Counted from the first letter of the stretch, positions 11,311 through 23,506 are shown. The stretch: DNA of 64,000 bases from Waterburya sp. (GCA_965217895.1 CBDCJV010000002.1:4416001-4480000), one strand, 5' to 3'. Numbers and translations are program-made. The notes: generated from the sequence alone by a model not told the origin.

Positions 11311-12330
11311 ATGGATTATAAAGACGCTGGCGTTGATGTAGAAGCAGGACGCTCTTTTGTCTCGCAAATTCGTCAAGATGTTGCCAGCACAAATCGACCA
11401 GAAGTTCTAGGAGGACTGGGGGGGTTTGGCGGTTGTTTCCAGATGCCGTCGAACTATCAAGAGCCTGTATTAGTATCTGGTACAGATGGAGTTGGCACTA
11501 AACTAAAAATTGCTCAAGAACTTAAACGCCACGATACTATAGGCATTGATTTAGTTGCAATGTGCGTCAACGATATTTTGACTTCTGGTGCAGAACCTTT
11601 ATTTTTCTTAGATTATTTAGCTACAGGCAAACTAAACTCACAACAGTTAGCAGATGTGGTTAAAGGAATTGCCCAGGGATGCCGTCTTAGCGGTTGCGCT
11701 CTTTTGGGGGGTGAAACTGCGGAAATGCCAGGATTCTATCAGCTAGGGGAATATGACTTAGCAGGTTTTTGTGTGGGAGTAGTCGAAAAAAGCCAGCTTT
11801 TGAATGGCTCACGGGTGCAGGTGGGAGACGTTGCCATTGGGCTAGCTAGTACAGGAGTTCATAGCAATGGCTTTAGTTTAGTTCGCAAAATTATTGATAC
11901 GGGCGGTTATTCTTGGTCAGATACTCCAGACGCACTAGGCGGAAAAAGTTTGGGCGCAGAATTAATTACTCCTACCCAAATTTACGTTAAGCCGATTTTA
12001 GAGTTTCTCGCTACAGGCAGAGTTCACGCCATGGCGCACATTACTGGTGGTGGTTTGCCAGAGAATTTACCCCGTTGTTTGAATAAAGATCAATCGATAG
12101 AGGTTAAGCTTGATAGCTGGAAAATTCCGCCAATTTTTAACTGGTTAGCGATCGCGGGTGAAGTAGAACCAGAGGCAATGTTCAATACTTTTAATATGGG
12201 TATTGGTTTTGTAATTGTTGTACCTCCTACTCAAGCTCAGTCTAGTCTCGATTGGTTTGAGTCTCAAAATATTGCCGCATTTGAGATTGGTAAGGTAATT
12301 TCTGGTGATAATAATTTATCGTTTATTTAA
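11311..12330 (+). CDS. purM: AIR synthetase
   Basis: [29 protein letters not shown]. Confidence 0.98.
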   Translation: MDYKDAGVDVEAGRSFVSQIRQDVASTNRPEVLGGLGGFGGCFQMPSNYQEPVLVSGTDGVGTKLKIAQELKRHDTIGIDLVAMCVNDILTSGAEPLFFLDYLATGKLNSQQLADVVKGIAQGCRLSGCALLGGETAEMPGFYQLGEYDLAGFCVGVVEKSQLLNGSRVQVGDVAIGLASTGVHSNGFSLVRKIIDTGGYSWSDTPDALGGKSLGAELITPTQIYVKPILEFLATGRVHAMAHITGGGLPENLPRCLNKDQSIEVKLDSWKIPPIFNWLAIAGEVEPEAMFNTFNMGIGFVIVVPPTQAQSSLDWFESQNIAAFEIGKVISGDNNLSFI

Positions 12331-12381
12331 ATTATCCATAAACTAATACTTTTGATTTGCGCGAGAAGTCTAATTAACTAA

Positions 12382-12684
12382 TCAAGTCCAATCTTGTTCT
12401 TCTCCAGTTGCAGTACGCCTATATACCATTCCTCCCGCGTGAATCATACGGGTTTTAGCATATAGTTCCTCTTCGGTTAGCTTCCAGTTGTCTAAAGCTA
12501 CCTGCAAATCTCTTTGGATATCTCGCGCCCCAGGAAAGTTGCGATAGCGAATAATCAATCGTGCTAATTCGACTAATTCACGCTCATTAGGATCTGACTG
12601 CGTTTTTAGTAAATGGTCTACGGTGAGGCGATCTTTTTTATTCTGAGGATGATTTTGATCTACATTACCGTTAGCCATTGTCAA
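12382..12684 (-). CDS. DUF3288-like cyanobacterial protein
   Basis: QNHPQ...ELARLIIRYRNFPGARDIQ. Confidence 0.75.
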   Translation of the reverse strand: MTMANGNVDQNHPQNKKDRLTVDHLLKTQSDPNERELVELARLIIRYRNFPGARDIQRDLQVALDNWKLTEEELYAKTRMIHAGGMVYRRTATGEEQDWT

Positions 12685-12697
12685 GGTTAAAAATCGC

Positions 12698-12985
12698 TTA
12701 TTTTTTACGTTTATCCTTCATCAAAAGAGGCAGAGGTTGAGGAGATGAACTAGGCGGTAAAAGATATCTAGCTGGCTCATTGGCGATCACCTTGGGTTTT
12801 TTCTCTATTTGTCGCCAGCGCATAATAATACCTAATAAAGCTATCAATAAACCTACAGACAATAAACTCCCCCGTCCGCCTAATCCTCCCACTAGGGCAT
12901 CAGTTGTTCCTAGAATCAGGATAAAGCCAGAGACGGGTTCTCGACGATATACCGTCCTCAAAAATCTTGCGAATAAAGGATTCAC
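12698..12985 (-). CDS. Small hypothetical membrane protein
   Basis: Two TMs, Pro-rich tail. Confidence 0.65.
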   Translation of the reverse strand: MNPLFARFLRTVYRREPVSGFILILGTTDALVGGLGGRGSLLSVGLLIALLGIIMRWRQIEKKPKVIANEPARYLLPPSSSPQPLPLLMKDKRKK

Positions 12986-13121
12986 TATCTTAAACTGCTA
13001 TGAATAAAACTATAAAATTATAGTGCCTAACAAGTTATCTCATAAATTAGCACAATTGTCAGATCATTATCATCTTTCTTTGATTTGCCTGGCTGTATTA
13101 ATCTTATTTTAGTAGAAATAT

Positions 13122-13643
13122 ATGAAGATAATTAATTGTCAGTTTCCTCGCCACGGAAAAACTATTCAGCAGATATTTAATGATGCGATCGCCAATTCTA
13201 CCGCTCTTTATGACTATCAGCCTAGAAGCCTAAACACAATTCAAAACTGGCTAGAAGCAAAAGCAGAGAAATCCTATCCCGTTATCGGCATTGAAGATAG
13301 TCATGGCTCTTTAATGGGATTTGCCACCTATGGAGCATTTCGCGCTTGGGATGCTTATCAATACTCTGTTGAGCATTCAGTTTATGTAGATTCTGCCCAT
13401 AGAGGCAAAGGTGTGGGCAAAAAGCTATTGACAGAGCTTATTCAGGTTGCTCAACAGCAAAATTATCATACGCTGATTGGGGGAATCGACGGACAAAATA
13501 GCGTGAGTATTAGGCTGCATAAGTCTCTGGGCTTTGTTCCCTGTGGCAGTATTAAACAGGTAGGGTTTAAATTCAATCGATGGTTAGACTTGGAGTTTTA
13601 TCAGCTAATTCTATCCACTCCAGAACAGCCGACGGAGAAATAA
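13122..13643 (+). CDS. GNAT acetyltransferase, phosphinothricin/YncA-like
   Basis: VEHSVYV, RGKGVG, VGFKFNRWLD. Confidence 0.9.
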   Translation: MKIINCQFPRHGKTIQQIFNDAIANSTALYDYQPRSLNTIQNWLEAKAEKSYPVIGIEDSHGSLMGFATYGAFRAWDAYQYSVEHSVYVDSAHRGKGVGKKLLTELIQVAQQQNYHTLIGGIDGQNSVSIRLHKSLGFVPCGSIKQVGFKFNRWLDLEFYQLILSTPEQPTEK

Positions 13644-13764
13644 GGCAACTTATCATATACCAGCTAAAAAATCTAGCTTCAGCTAGATGTGTCGCTTTGC
13701 CGACTTATATTTAATGTATTTGATAAATTATAAAATTGTAGATAATTGAATTCTAATAAATCCT

Positions 13765-14652
13765 ATGTTTAGAGGTAATCAAATCAAAACCGCAGCTTTA
13801 TTAGGGCTATTAAGCGGAATCCTAGTCTTGGGTGGTTATTGGGCAACGGGTACTGAACAGGGAGCATTAATTGGTTTAATTTTTGCTGCTGTTGGTAGTT
13901 TTGGCTCTTGGTTTTATTCAGATAAAGCTGCCTTGGCTGCCTACAAAGCCCAGCCTATTACCCGCGAACAAGCACCAGAGCTTTACGATCTGGTAAAAAA
14001 ATTGACTCAAAAAGCAGGTTTACCTATGCCAAAACTCTGCGTTGTGCCTACCCAAACTCCTAATGCTTTTGCTACTGGTAGAAATCCCGAACACGCAGCC
14101 GTTGCAGTAACCGAAGGGATTATGCAAATACTCGACAAAGACGAGCTTGCAGGCGTAATTGCCCATGAATTAACTCATATCAAAAACCGCGATACTTTAA
14201 CTCAGGCTGTAGCTGGAACATTAGGCGGTGCGGTGACGTTTCTCGGCAGAATGCTGACTTTTGGGGCAATGTACGGCTCGGTTAATCGAGATAATCGTCA
14301 GGGTGGTAATCCTTTTGGCGTATTGATTTTGGCAATCCTCGCACCTATTTCTGCATCTTTGATTCAGATGGCAATCTCTCGTACCCGTGAGTTTTCTGCC
14401 GATCGCGGTTCAGCCGAAATTACAGGTAATCCCTTGGCATTGGCGAGTGCCTTAAAAAAATTAGAGTCCGTTGGTAAGCAAGTGCCGATGAATGGTAATC
14501 CTGCTTTTGAACCAGTTCTAATCATGAATCCTTTTTCTGGTGGCGGTTTACAGTCTCTATTTCGCACTCATCCGCCAACAGAAGAGCGTGTACGTCAACT
14601 ACAACAAATAGCTAGAAATCAACAAAACAATCCTACTTTTGCTGCTAATTAA
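13765..14652 (+). CDS. htpX: M48 zinc metalloprotease HtpX
   Basis: PNAFATGR, HELTH, SRTREFSAD, THPP. Confidence 0.95.
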   Translation: MFRGNQIKTAALLGLLSGILVLGGYWATGTEQGALIGLIFAAVGSFGSWFYSDKAALAAYKAQPITREQAPELYDLVKKLTQKAGLPMPKLCVVPTQTPNAFATGRNPEHAAVAVTEGIMQILDKDELAGVIAHELTHIKNRDTLTQAVAGTLGGAVTFLGRMLTFGAMYGSVNRDNRQGGNPFGVLILAILAPISASLIQMAISRTREFSADRGSAEITGNPLALASALKKLESVGKQVPMNGNPAFEPVLIMNPFSGGGLQSLFRTHPPTEERVRQLQQIARNQQNNPTFAAN

Positions 14653-14656
14653 TTAT

Positions 14657-14977
14657 ATGAAATCAAAACTTATCTCCCTAATAATGCTCGTCTGTATGTT
14701 TATGGCGATTGCGCAACTAGCCATAGGCATCGCTTTTACTCCTCTTAACTCAGCATTGGCAGATACTAACGATGCCTCTGCCAAAAAAGCTGCTCAAGAA
14801 GTTACCAAAGATACAGGTGCTAAAGAACAGTTCGGCAAATCAGAAAATGGCGATCGGCTTTTAGATGATGCTCAAGCTAAAGCAAACAAAAATCTAAATA
14901 ATCTGGCAGATAAAGCAAATTCTGACGAAGATCTCCCCGATAGCCAAAAACTATTTCTTAAAAATTTGCAGAAGTGA
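14657..14977 (+). CDS. Secreted hypothetical protein
   Basis: Signal-like N-terminus, hydrophilic helical body. Confidence 0.65.
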   Translation: MKSKLISLIMLVCMFMAIAQLAIGIAFTPLNSALADTNDASAKKAAQEVTKDTGAKEQFGKSENGDRLLDDAQAKANKNLNNLADKANSDEDLPDSQKLFLKNLQK

Positions 14978-14982
14978 TTTTG

Positions 14983-15130
14983 CCATATTTTTGGAAAAAT
15001 CATGCGGCAGCTTTTGTCTGACTCAAGCCTGTTTCTGCCGAGAGTATTTCGGAAATGAGGGCTACTTTAGGCTTATTCTTTCTCGGATTGGGAATAGCCT
15101 GTTTGTGGTTGCAGTCTGCGATCGCCTTCT
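14983..15130 (+). pseudogene. Fragment of a small membrane protein gene (DUF4345-like)
   Basis: Frame from 15001 reads HAAAFV*LKPVSAESISEMRATLGLFFLGLGIACLWLQSAIAF with an internal TGA; resemblance ends at HIP1 15118-15125. Confidence 0.45.
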
Positions 15131-15234
15131 TAATGCGCGTACGTGCGGGCAAGCCAGGGCAAACGCATACTCGAAAATTAAGAGATACTGACAAGTACTG
15201 TTAAACTAGATAGCTATAGTTTATTACCGATAGA

Positions 15235-15930
15235 ATGGTTTTAAATCGCCAAGCTCTAGAATCAAAACTCCTACAGCAACTGTTGGCACATCCCGAACTA
15301 GATCTGGTAATTTGGAGCGATGAGGAGTTGTTGGCATCTATCAAAGCAACCTTACAACAAAAGTCTACTGACGAATTGTGGATTTTTGCCTATGGTTCGT
15401 TGATCTGGAATCCTTTATTCGATTACTTAGAAAAGCGTGTAGTCAGCATTGAAGGTTGGCAAAGACAATTTTGTCTTGTAGCACCTGTTGGTAGAGGCAC
15501 AATCGCCAATCCTGGTTTAGTCTTGGGTTTAGAACCAGGAAACAGTTGCCAGGGAATTGCCTACCGTCTAGCTGTTGACGATAATTTAGAATCGGAATTA
15601 CTGCTACTGTGGCGCAGAGAAATGGTTATTGGTTCTTATGTACCAACTTGGATTACTGCCACAAATGGCGATCGCTCTTTAAGTATTCTACGCGATCGCC
15701 AAATAGAAGTATTAGCTTTTACGGTTAATACCGAGCATTCAGCTTATGTAAAAAATTTATCTACCCAAAAAATTGTCGAATCTTTAGCTACCGCTACAGG
15801 AGCGTTGGGTTCATCGGCGGATTATTTAAGTTCTACAGTCCAAAGTTTGATAAAAGCAGGTATTAAAGAACATAAGTTAATTGAGCTAGATCGCTTAGTC
15901 AAAAAAAGACAACAGCAACTCAAATCTTAG
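15235..15930 (+). CDS. chaC: Gamma-glutamylcyclotransferase ChaC family
   Basis: WIFAYGSLIW, RGT...PGLVLGL, LWRRE. Confidence 0.9.
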   Translation: MVLNRQALESKLLQQLLAHPELDLVIWSDEELLASIKATLQQKSTDELWIFAYGSLIWNPLFDYLEKRVVSIEGWQRQFCLVAPVGRGTIANPGLVLGLEPGNSCQGIAYRLAVDDNLESELLLLWRREMVIGSYVPTWITATNGDRSLSILRDRQIEVLAFTVNTEHSAYVKNLSTQKIVESLATATGALGSSADYLSSTVQSLIKAGIKEHKLIELDRLVKKRQQQLKS

Positions 15931-16175
15931 TAATTATTTATAGCTTTCAGCTTTTGCCTGATACTCATGCTAGACAAAGTTGTGTTGCTACAGGGTAAAG
16001 GTGTAGCAGTAGAATTAAAGGTATTTCTACAAAACGGCTGTAGCTAACTGGGTGTAGAACCTTTCATAAAGATCGCACCGCTAGTCTAATTTTGTACGGC
16101 TATATTTACCAGTAAAGAACTAAGCTAAGTAATAAGACTTATTAGATTTTTAGCATTGATACACACGGTTCAAAT

Positions 16176-16673
16176 ATGTCCGATCCTAACTTAGAAAAAT
16201 TATTGCATCGTTTACATAATAATCTTGCCGAAGATAAACTGATTCAAACAATAACTAGCGATCTCAGAAAGAAACTTGGGGTAGATCGCGTAGCTCTCTA
16301 TTACTTTTATCGTCAGTGGTCAGGAAGGGTGACGTTTGAATCATTGAGTTCTGGTATTTATTCAATTTTAGGCTCAACTGGACCAGATGATTGTTTTAAT
16401 CAAGAATATGCCGATTTGTATCAGGGCGGAAGAGTAAGTGCGATCGCTAATATCGAAACTGCCAATATTGCCGAATGTCATCGAGATTTTTTAAAAGAAA
16501 TTCAGGTAAAGGCTAATTTGGTAGCACCAATTTTAATTCCTTCAGGACTTTGGGGCTTGCTAGTTGCTCATCACTGTCAAAGTACTTTTTATTGGTCTGC
16601 AGAAGATATTCAGGCGATGCAAACAGGAGCAAGTAACCTTGCTGAAGCTCAAGCAATTCGTAACCACAAATAA
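16176..16673 (+). CDS. Stand-alone GAF protein, DXCF cyanobacteriochrome-like
   Basis: DRVALY, DDCF, CH, VKANLVAPI, LWGLLVAHHC. Confidence 0.8.
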   Translation: MSDPNLEKLLHRLHNNLAEDKLIQTITSDLRKKLGVDRVALYYFYRQWSGRVTFESLSSGIYSILGSTGPDDCFNQEYADLYQGGRVSAIANIETANIAECHRDFLKEIQVKANLVAPILIPSGLWGLLVAHHCQSTFYWSAEDIQAMQTGASNLAEAQAIRNHK

Positions 16674-16707
16674 TGTAGCAGGGTTTATTAGCTTTACTCA
16701 GCAAAAA

Positions 16708-16785
16708 GCGATGCAGCGCGTTGGGCGGGTCAGTTGCGGCTAAAGCCTTACTCGACTTGAAGCGACTGTATCAAGAAGCGATCGC
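16708..16785. repeat. Nested small dispersed repeat ending at a HIP1 site
   Basis: GCGATGCAGCGCG...TGCGGCTAAAGCCTT...GCGACTGTATCAAGAAGCGATCGC. Confidence 0.65.
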
Positions 16786-16851
16786 TTCAACCCAGCTTGG
16801 GTCAATTGCGATCGTCTTCTAATTAGTCTAGTTTAGTTCCAGGTTAAATAC

Positions 16852-19350
16852 CTAAAAACCAACGCCGTTAGCATCAATACCAACTAACTGATCCAATTGA
16901 CTTTCTGATAGAGCATCGCCACCAAGATTATCATACTGCTGAATCAAAGCAGAAGCAAAAGGCGCATTGTAGCTTGTTCCAACTTCATTGGTGATCGCAT
17001 CATCACGGCGGTCATTGTGAGAATAATCATCCGCATAACGAGGACCACCAACTATTGCACCATAAAGAATATGTTCGGCTGGTGTTGTAGGTTGAGCGCC
17101 TATGTTAGGAGAAGAACCTCGATGGTGAGGACGCTGAGGATAATTATCCCCAAAGCCAATCATATAGCTATAGTTAAGAGGATTATCACCTAAAATATAG
17201 TCCACTTGATTATGAGCAAAGTTGCTGTAGCGAGAATCTTGTTTAACAGTATCATTATAAAGCTGTGCAAAAAACGCAGCCGAACTAGTTACAGGAATCG
17301 AACCCCATTCAGCACGATGAGCAAAACCACCCGCCGTATATTGAATATTAGCGTTGCCATTGACCCAGTTATTTAACCAGCCTTCTACCTGACCTTTAAA
17401 GAAAGGATCTTTACTTTCTTGAGCCAAAATAACCGCAGCATCATAAGAATGCTCATCTGCTGCTGAAGACCAGTCTCCTAAACCACCAACTTTAGTTTTG
17501 AAGTAGTCTTCAGCTTTATTTAGGTAAGACTGTTCTTTTGTAGCTTTGTATAACCAAGCAGCACCAGAAGCTAACTCATCTCCAAAACCACCCCAGCTAG
17601 TATAGAAAGGATTAGCAGCAGCTACTGAATCAGAATATTTGCCCTGATAAGTTTCGGCAAACTCATATAGCTGTTTAGCGTTGGTGAGTAATTTATCGGC
17701 ATAGGCATTATCTACTCCACGAAACAGCATCGAAGCTGATGCTAAAGCACTAGAAGTCAAGGCAGCCACATCAGTTCCAGGATGGGTAGGATCGATAGCA
17801 AAGGCATTACGGGTAGTGTGTTGTTCTACCGTCTCTGGCGCACCCCAATAGCCATGATCGTTAGCAACACCGCCTTCTCCAACTTGAACCCAGAGTTTGG
17901 CAGTTTTACCACCACTAGTTTCATGAGCCTTGAGGAAATAATCTGTTCCCCATTTAACAGCGTCTAAGAGTTCGTCAAACTGTCCTGACTGCTTGTAAGC
18001 ATCGGTATACTCCACACCACCCCAAGCCAGCATATTAATCGAGGCTGCCATGGGTTGACCAAATTTGACGTGATCTCCTGCATCAAAGTAACCGCCTTCT
18101 AGGTCGCGACCAACGGTACTACCGTCATGAACTGTAGCATCACCACGCCATTCGATGCGGTTGTCAGGTCCCAAGTCTCCAGAGCGATTGGCTTCTAAGA
18201 AGAGGAAGTTTTTTTGTAGGGCTTCACCGTAGGCGAATTTACCTTTTTGTCCTACAGATTTACCTGGCTCATTGGGAATATTAACCGGAGTACTAGGAGT
18301 TGTTGGTTTTGGAGTAGAGATTGGGTCTGGAGTAGATATTGGATCGACTAGATTGCTATCAAATTGAGGAGTTAATGCTTGTTGCCCATTGTCGTCAACG
18401 ATGAAGATTGGTTTGATAGATTGTCCTGTTTTGAGGCTTACTTGGTCGTTTTGACCGCTAATAGTATACGTGCCATCGCCATTGTTAACCATGTCTACGC
18501 CATAAGCAGCAGATATAGTGTAGGGAAGTTTGAAATCTAGCTTCCAATCCTTAGCATTGGATTCAGCTTTTAAACCTAACTCTAATTTGTAGCCACCATC
18601 CCAATCTTCAACAATAGTAGGAGAAACACCAAGCTTTTTAGCTGGCTCTTCGGGGGTAATTGGGCTGGGTGTTGTTGGCTTTTCGGGCATCATCGCGCTA
18701 GAATTTACAATCTGGGGAACTAACGCTTCTTTTCCTTGATCGTCAATAATGAAAATAGGCTTGATAGATTGTCCTTTGGTTAAATTTACCTGGTCGTTTT
18801 GACCGCTAATAGTATACGTGCCATCGCCATTGTTAACCATGTCTACGCCATAAGCAGCAGATATAGTGTAGGGAAGTTTAAAATCTAGCTTCCAATCCTT
18901 AGCATTGGATTCAGCTTTTAAACCTAACTCTAATTTGTAGCCACCATCCCAATCTTCTGTTATTTGACCATCAACATTTAAAGCAGCAGTAGATTTACTA
19001 GGAGTATCTGGATTGCTCGCACCATTGTCAAAAATAAATTCGGTTTTAATGGGGTCAGAGTTGCTTTTGTTGCCTTCATCAATGATTAAAACAATTTCGG
19101 TCTTATTACCTTTACTCAAAGACTTATTCCAACTTGCACCTGAAATGTATGTGGTAGTTCCTTCTTGCTTTAATTCCGCACCATAAATTTGATCGATTTT
19201 ATAACCTTCAGGAAGGGCAATACCCAAGTTCCAATCTTTAGCCGAAACTAATGCCTCAAGATCTAGAACTACTCTATGGCTACCACCCCAATCATCTGTA
19301 ATTGTAGATTTAAGATTAAAAGTGTTTTGATTTACTAATTTTGTGTTCAT
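16852..19350 (-). CDS. Glycoside hydrolase family 9 endoglucanase with three CBM2-like modules
   Basis: DLEGGYFDAGDHVKF, PHHRGSS, GAIVGGP, NEV; three DWxGG modules with Pro/Thr linkers. Confidence 0.92.
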   Translation of the reverse strand: MNTKLVNQNTFNLKSTITDDWGGSHRVVLDLEALVSAKDWNLGIALPEGYKIDQIYGAELKQEGTTTYISGASWNKSLSKGNKTEIVLIIDEGNKSNSDPIKTEFIFDNGASNPDTPSKSTAALNVDGQITEDWDGGYKLELGLKAESNAKDWKLDFKLPYTISAAYGVDMVNNGDGTYTISGQNDQVNLTKGQSIKPIFIIDDQGKEALVPQIVNSSAMMPEKPTTPSPITPEEPAKKLGVSPTIVEDWDGGYKLELGLKAESNAKDWKLDFKLPYTISAAYGVDMVNNGDGTYTISGQNDQVSLKTGQSIKPIFIVDDNGQQALTPQFDSNLVDPISTPDPISTPKPTTPSTPVNIPNEPGKSVGQKGKFAYGEALQKNFLFLEANRSGDLGPDNRIEWRGDATVHDGSTVGRDLEGGYFDAGDHVKFGQPMAASINMLAWGGVEYTDAYKQSGQFDELLDAVKWGTDYFLKAHETSGGKTAKLWVQVGEGGVANDHGYWGAPETVEQHTTRNAFAIDPTHPGTDVAALTSSALASASMLFRGVDNAYADKLLTNAKQLYEFAETYQGKYSDSVAAANPFYTSWGGFGDELASGAAWLYKATKEQSYLNKAEDYFKTKVGGLGDWSSAADEHSYDAAVILAQESKDPFFKGQVEGWLNNWVNGNANIQYTAGGFAHRAEWGSIPVTSSAAFFAQLYNDTVKQDSRYSNFAHNQVDYILGDNPLNYSYMIGFGDNYPQRPHHRGSSPNIGAQPTTPAEHILYGAIVGGPRYADDYSHNDRRDDAITNEVGTSYNAPFASALIQQYDNLGGDALSESQLDQLVGIDANGVGF
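18443..18957. repeat. Intragenic direct repeat (348-nt offset)
   Basis: 18443-18609 nearly identical to 18791-18957. Confidence 0.9.
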
Positions 19351-19863
19351 AGGAATTTTATAAAATTTTCAGTGTTGAAACTTAATTTGATAATTAATAT
19401 CTGGTAAAAGTATTGAAGATATCAATCTGAAATTGATAAAGAACTTTATTTATTCTTTATTTGCTTACAAAACAACTTTATCTCTGCTTAATATCAAATA
19501 CGAGTGAGATGAATACCTAAAGATATGTGATTCTGCTCACAAGTTTTTTTACTGACTAAGATTAGAATTAGAAGGGTATCTTACTTTTGCGCCACTAATC
19601 AGGAGAGCGATAACGCCTGTATTACCCAGTTGCTTAAAGCGGATCTGCGATCGCTAAATTAAAGATAAAAAGCTAGCCTAGAAGGTCAAAGTACGCATTC
19701 GAGGCAAAATCTTACAGATATTAATCAAGCAAGCCTCAATAGTTACGAGAGGAAAGTTTTCAGATGAATCGATAAAGTGATAATCTTAAAGATGGCAAAA
19801 TTTTACACTTTTTTTAAGATTTTACCTGCCATATAAAACAGCTAACCACCAAATAGATATTAG

Positions 19864-21321
<1,458 letters not shown>

Positions 21322-21334
21322 TCAGTAATTAGTC

Positions 21335-21358
21335 AGGGGCGAACAGCCGTTCGCCCTT
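21335..21358. repeat. REP-like palindrome GGGCGAAC-N-GTTCGCCC
   Basis: Related copies near 51699-51725 and 58493-58533. Confidence 0.7.
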
Positions 21359-21495
21359 ACAATGAACAATAATCAGTGATCAGTAAACACAAGTTGACTT
21401 GCTAATGCTTAGTTGATTGTTAAACACTTTTGCTTTTATTGATTGCTGGTTAGTATTAACTAGATGCTGATAATTGATAATTGATAATTGATAAA

Positions 21496-21906
21496 ATGGC
21501 GTTAACTGTAAAAGTAATTACTCCAGATAAAACAGTCTGGGACGATAGTGTAGACGAAATTATTCTACCAAGTACCACAGGACAATTAGGAATTCTTTCA
21601 GGTCACGCGCCTCTACTTACTGCATTAGAAGTTGGTGTAATGCGCGTTCGCCCTGGAAAAGAATGGAAATCCATTGCCCTGATGGGTGGATTTGCCGAAG
21701 TGGAAAATGATGAAATCAAAATCTTAGTTAACGGTGCAGAACTAGGAGATAACATTGATCGAGACACTGCTCGTTCTGAATATGAGCAGGCACAGTCTCG
21801 TTTTCAGCAGGTAGAAAATAGCGAAAATCGTCAGGAGAGAATTCAGGCTGAAAGCTCAATGCGAAAAGCTAGAGCGCGCCTTCAAGCTGCTGGGGGTGAA
21901 GTATAA
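21496..21906 (+). CDS. atpC: ATP synthase F1 epsilon subunit
   Basis: [17 protein letters not shown]; follows atpD. Confidence 0.97.
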   Translation: MALTVKVITPDKTVWDDSVDEIILPSTTGQLGILSGHAPLLTALEVGVMRVRPGKEWKSIALMGGFAEVENDEIKILVNGAELGDNIDRDTARSEYEQAQSRFQQVENSENRQERIQAESSMRKARARLQAAGGEV

Positions 21907-21908
21907 AA

Positions 21909-21939
21909 AGGGATAAGGGATAAGGGATAAAGGATAAAG
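21909..21939 (+). repeat. Heptamer tandem repeat (AGGGATA)n, STRR-like
   Basis: Read directly; similar heptamer runs near 5454-5476 and 40976-40996. Confidence 0.75.
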
Positions 21940-22020
21940 TATGAGAAGTAAGGAACTACGCCAATGATATGTAGTTTCCTCTGTTCTTGCAATTCATAAT
22001 TTTGGAAAACGTGAAGATAG

Positions 22021-22056
22021 AAAAAGGGCAGAATCCAACTGTTGCTGCCCTTTTTA
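22021..22056. terminator. Bidirectional intrinsic terminator
   Basis: AAAAAGGGCAG...CTGCCCTTTTT between convergent genes. Confidence 0.8.
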
Positions 22057-22130
22057 TTTGATTTATTGAAGTAATTAGGATTCTAAATTCTGAGGGTTAA
22101 ATTTAGATTACTTGTCTATTTTAATAGTTT

Positions 22131-22439
22131 TTAATTAGTTCCAGTAAATTCAATGTGAGGGAACTTAGTCTGTGCTTGGGTCATAGGAGTAGTCTTGCCC
22201 CTTTCTGTCCAAAAGTTGATCACTTCGGTAGCTTGATTAAGAATTTCAATGCTTTCTGCTTCCTCAATCCAGTGTTTTGATTCTATTTCGTCTTTTAGCT
22301 GCTGCCAGGCATCGTTACGAGGCCAGAAATAATAAGCTGTTAAAGGGCTTGTGCCTTTGCCTACTATTTGGTCTACTGCGATCGCCACGTTCTTATCTAA
22401 CCACAAAACTTTTAATTTAAACCTTGTCTCTGACTCCAA
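22131..22439 (-). CDS. ycf65: Ribosomal protein PSRP-3/Ycf65
   Basis: [16 protein letters not shown]...[10 protein letters not shown]. Confidence 0.92.
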   Translation of the reverse strand: MESETRFKLKVLWLDKNVAIAVDQIVGKGTSPLTAYYFWPRNDAWQQLKDEIESKHWIEEAESIEILNQATEVINFWTERGKTTPMTQAQTKFPHIEFTGTN

Positions 22440-22512
22440 TTAAGCCTCCGAATAATTATATTAAAAAATACTTTACATATTTAGCCAATGATAATTATAC
22501 AAGATTGCGAAC

Positions 22513-23298
22513 ATGAATAAAAATCAATTAAAGGCAATTGTTATTTTTGATATTGACGGTGTAATTCGAGATGTCGGTAATTCTTATCGAAAAGCGATTG
22601 CCGATACCGTAGAAGAGTTTACTGATGGGGGTTGGCGACCAACGATGGAAGACTTGGACAACTTAAAATCAGAGGGATTTTGGAATAATGATTGGGAAGC
22701 ATCTCAAGAATTAACCTATCGTTATTTTGAAGCAATAGACAAAACCCGCCAAGAAGTTCAGTTAGACTATAATCACCTAGTTGAATTTTTCCAATCTCGT
22801 TATCGGGGTAACAATCCAGAAGTTTTCGATGGCTACATTGCTCACGAACCTTTACTCGCATCCCAAAGATATTTGCAACAGTTAAGCGACAGGCAAATTG
22901 GCTGGGGCTTTTTCAGCGGTGCGACTAGAGGTTCGGCAGAATATATTTTAAAACAGCGATTAAAGCTAGATAATCCAATTTTGGTAGCAATGGAAGACGC
23001 GCCAAGTAAACCCGATCCCACAGGGATGTTTGATGCTATATCTCAAGTAGAAACAAATCCCAGCACTGTTCCTGTATTTTATTTAGGTGACACGGTAGCT
23101 GATATGTACACCGTAGCGAAAGCTAGAGAGATTGCCCCAGAACGCAAATGGATTGGAGTAGGAATTCTTCCGCCTCATGTGCAAACTGCCGACAGACAAG
23201 CTGATTATGCCCAAAAATTAATGGCAGCAGGTGCGGAAATTGTCTTAAGTAACGTTGAAAAATTAACGCTACAAATGATTGAAGATTTGAGTAATTAA
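22513..23298 (+). CDS. HAD-family hydrolase (TIGR01548-like)
   Basis: FDIDGV, KPDP, LGDTVAD. Confidence 0.85.
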   Translation: MNKNQLKAIVIFDIDGVIRDVGNSYRKAIADTVEEFTDGGWRPTMEDLDNLKSEGFWNNDWEASQELTYRYFEAIDKTRQEVQLDYNHLVEFFQSRYRGNNPEVFDGYIAHEPLLASQRYLQQLSDRQIGWGFFSGATRGSAEYILKQRLKLDNPILVAMEDAPSKPDPTGMFDAISQVETNPSTVPVFYLGDTVADMYTVAKAREIAPERKWIGVGILPPHVQTADRQADYAQKLMAAGAEIVLSNVEKLTLQMIEDLSN

Positions 23299-23506
23299 AA
23301 TCTTAGCTGTGTGAGGCGATAATTGCCTAGAGATAGTTGATAATTTCTTTGAGTATCTAAAGATGCCTAAAGTGTGACTATGATATATTGATTAAGATTC
23401 GTAAAATATATATAAATTGTAAACCAATCCTGCTTAACATTTGAGGAGATAAAAAATATGACTACAGAATCCCCTAATTTCTAAGTAAATAAAAACCCCA
23501 CAGGAA

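Noticed and set aside
15000..15194. Minus-strand ORF with HU-like ISEILSAETGLSQTKAAA
   Set aside because: Lacks the rest of HU; better explained as antisense to the + strand relic
18443..18957. Direct repeats as a diversity-generating retroelement TR/VR pair
   Set aside because: In-frame domain duplication with one synonymous difference; no reverse transcriptase in the window
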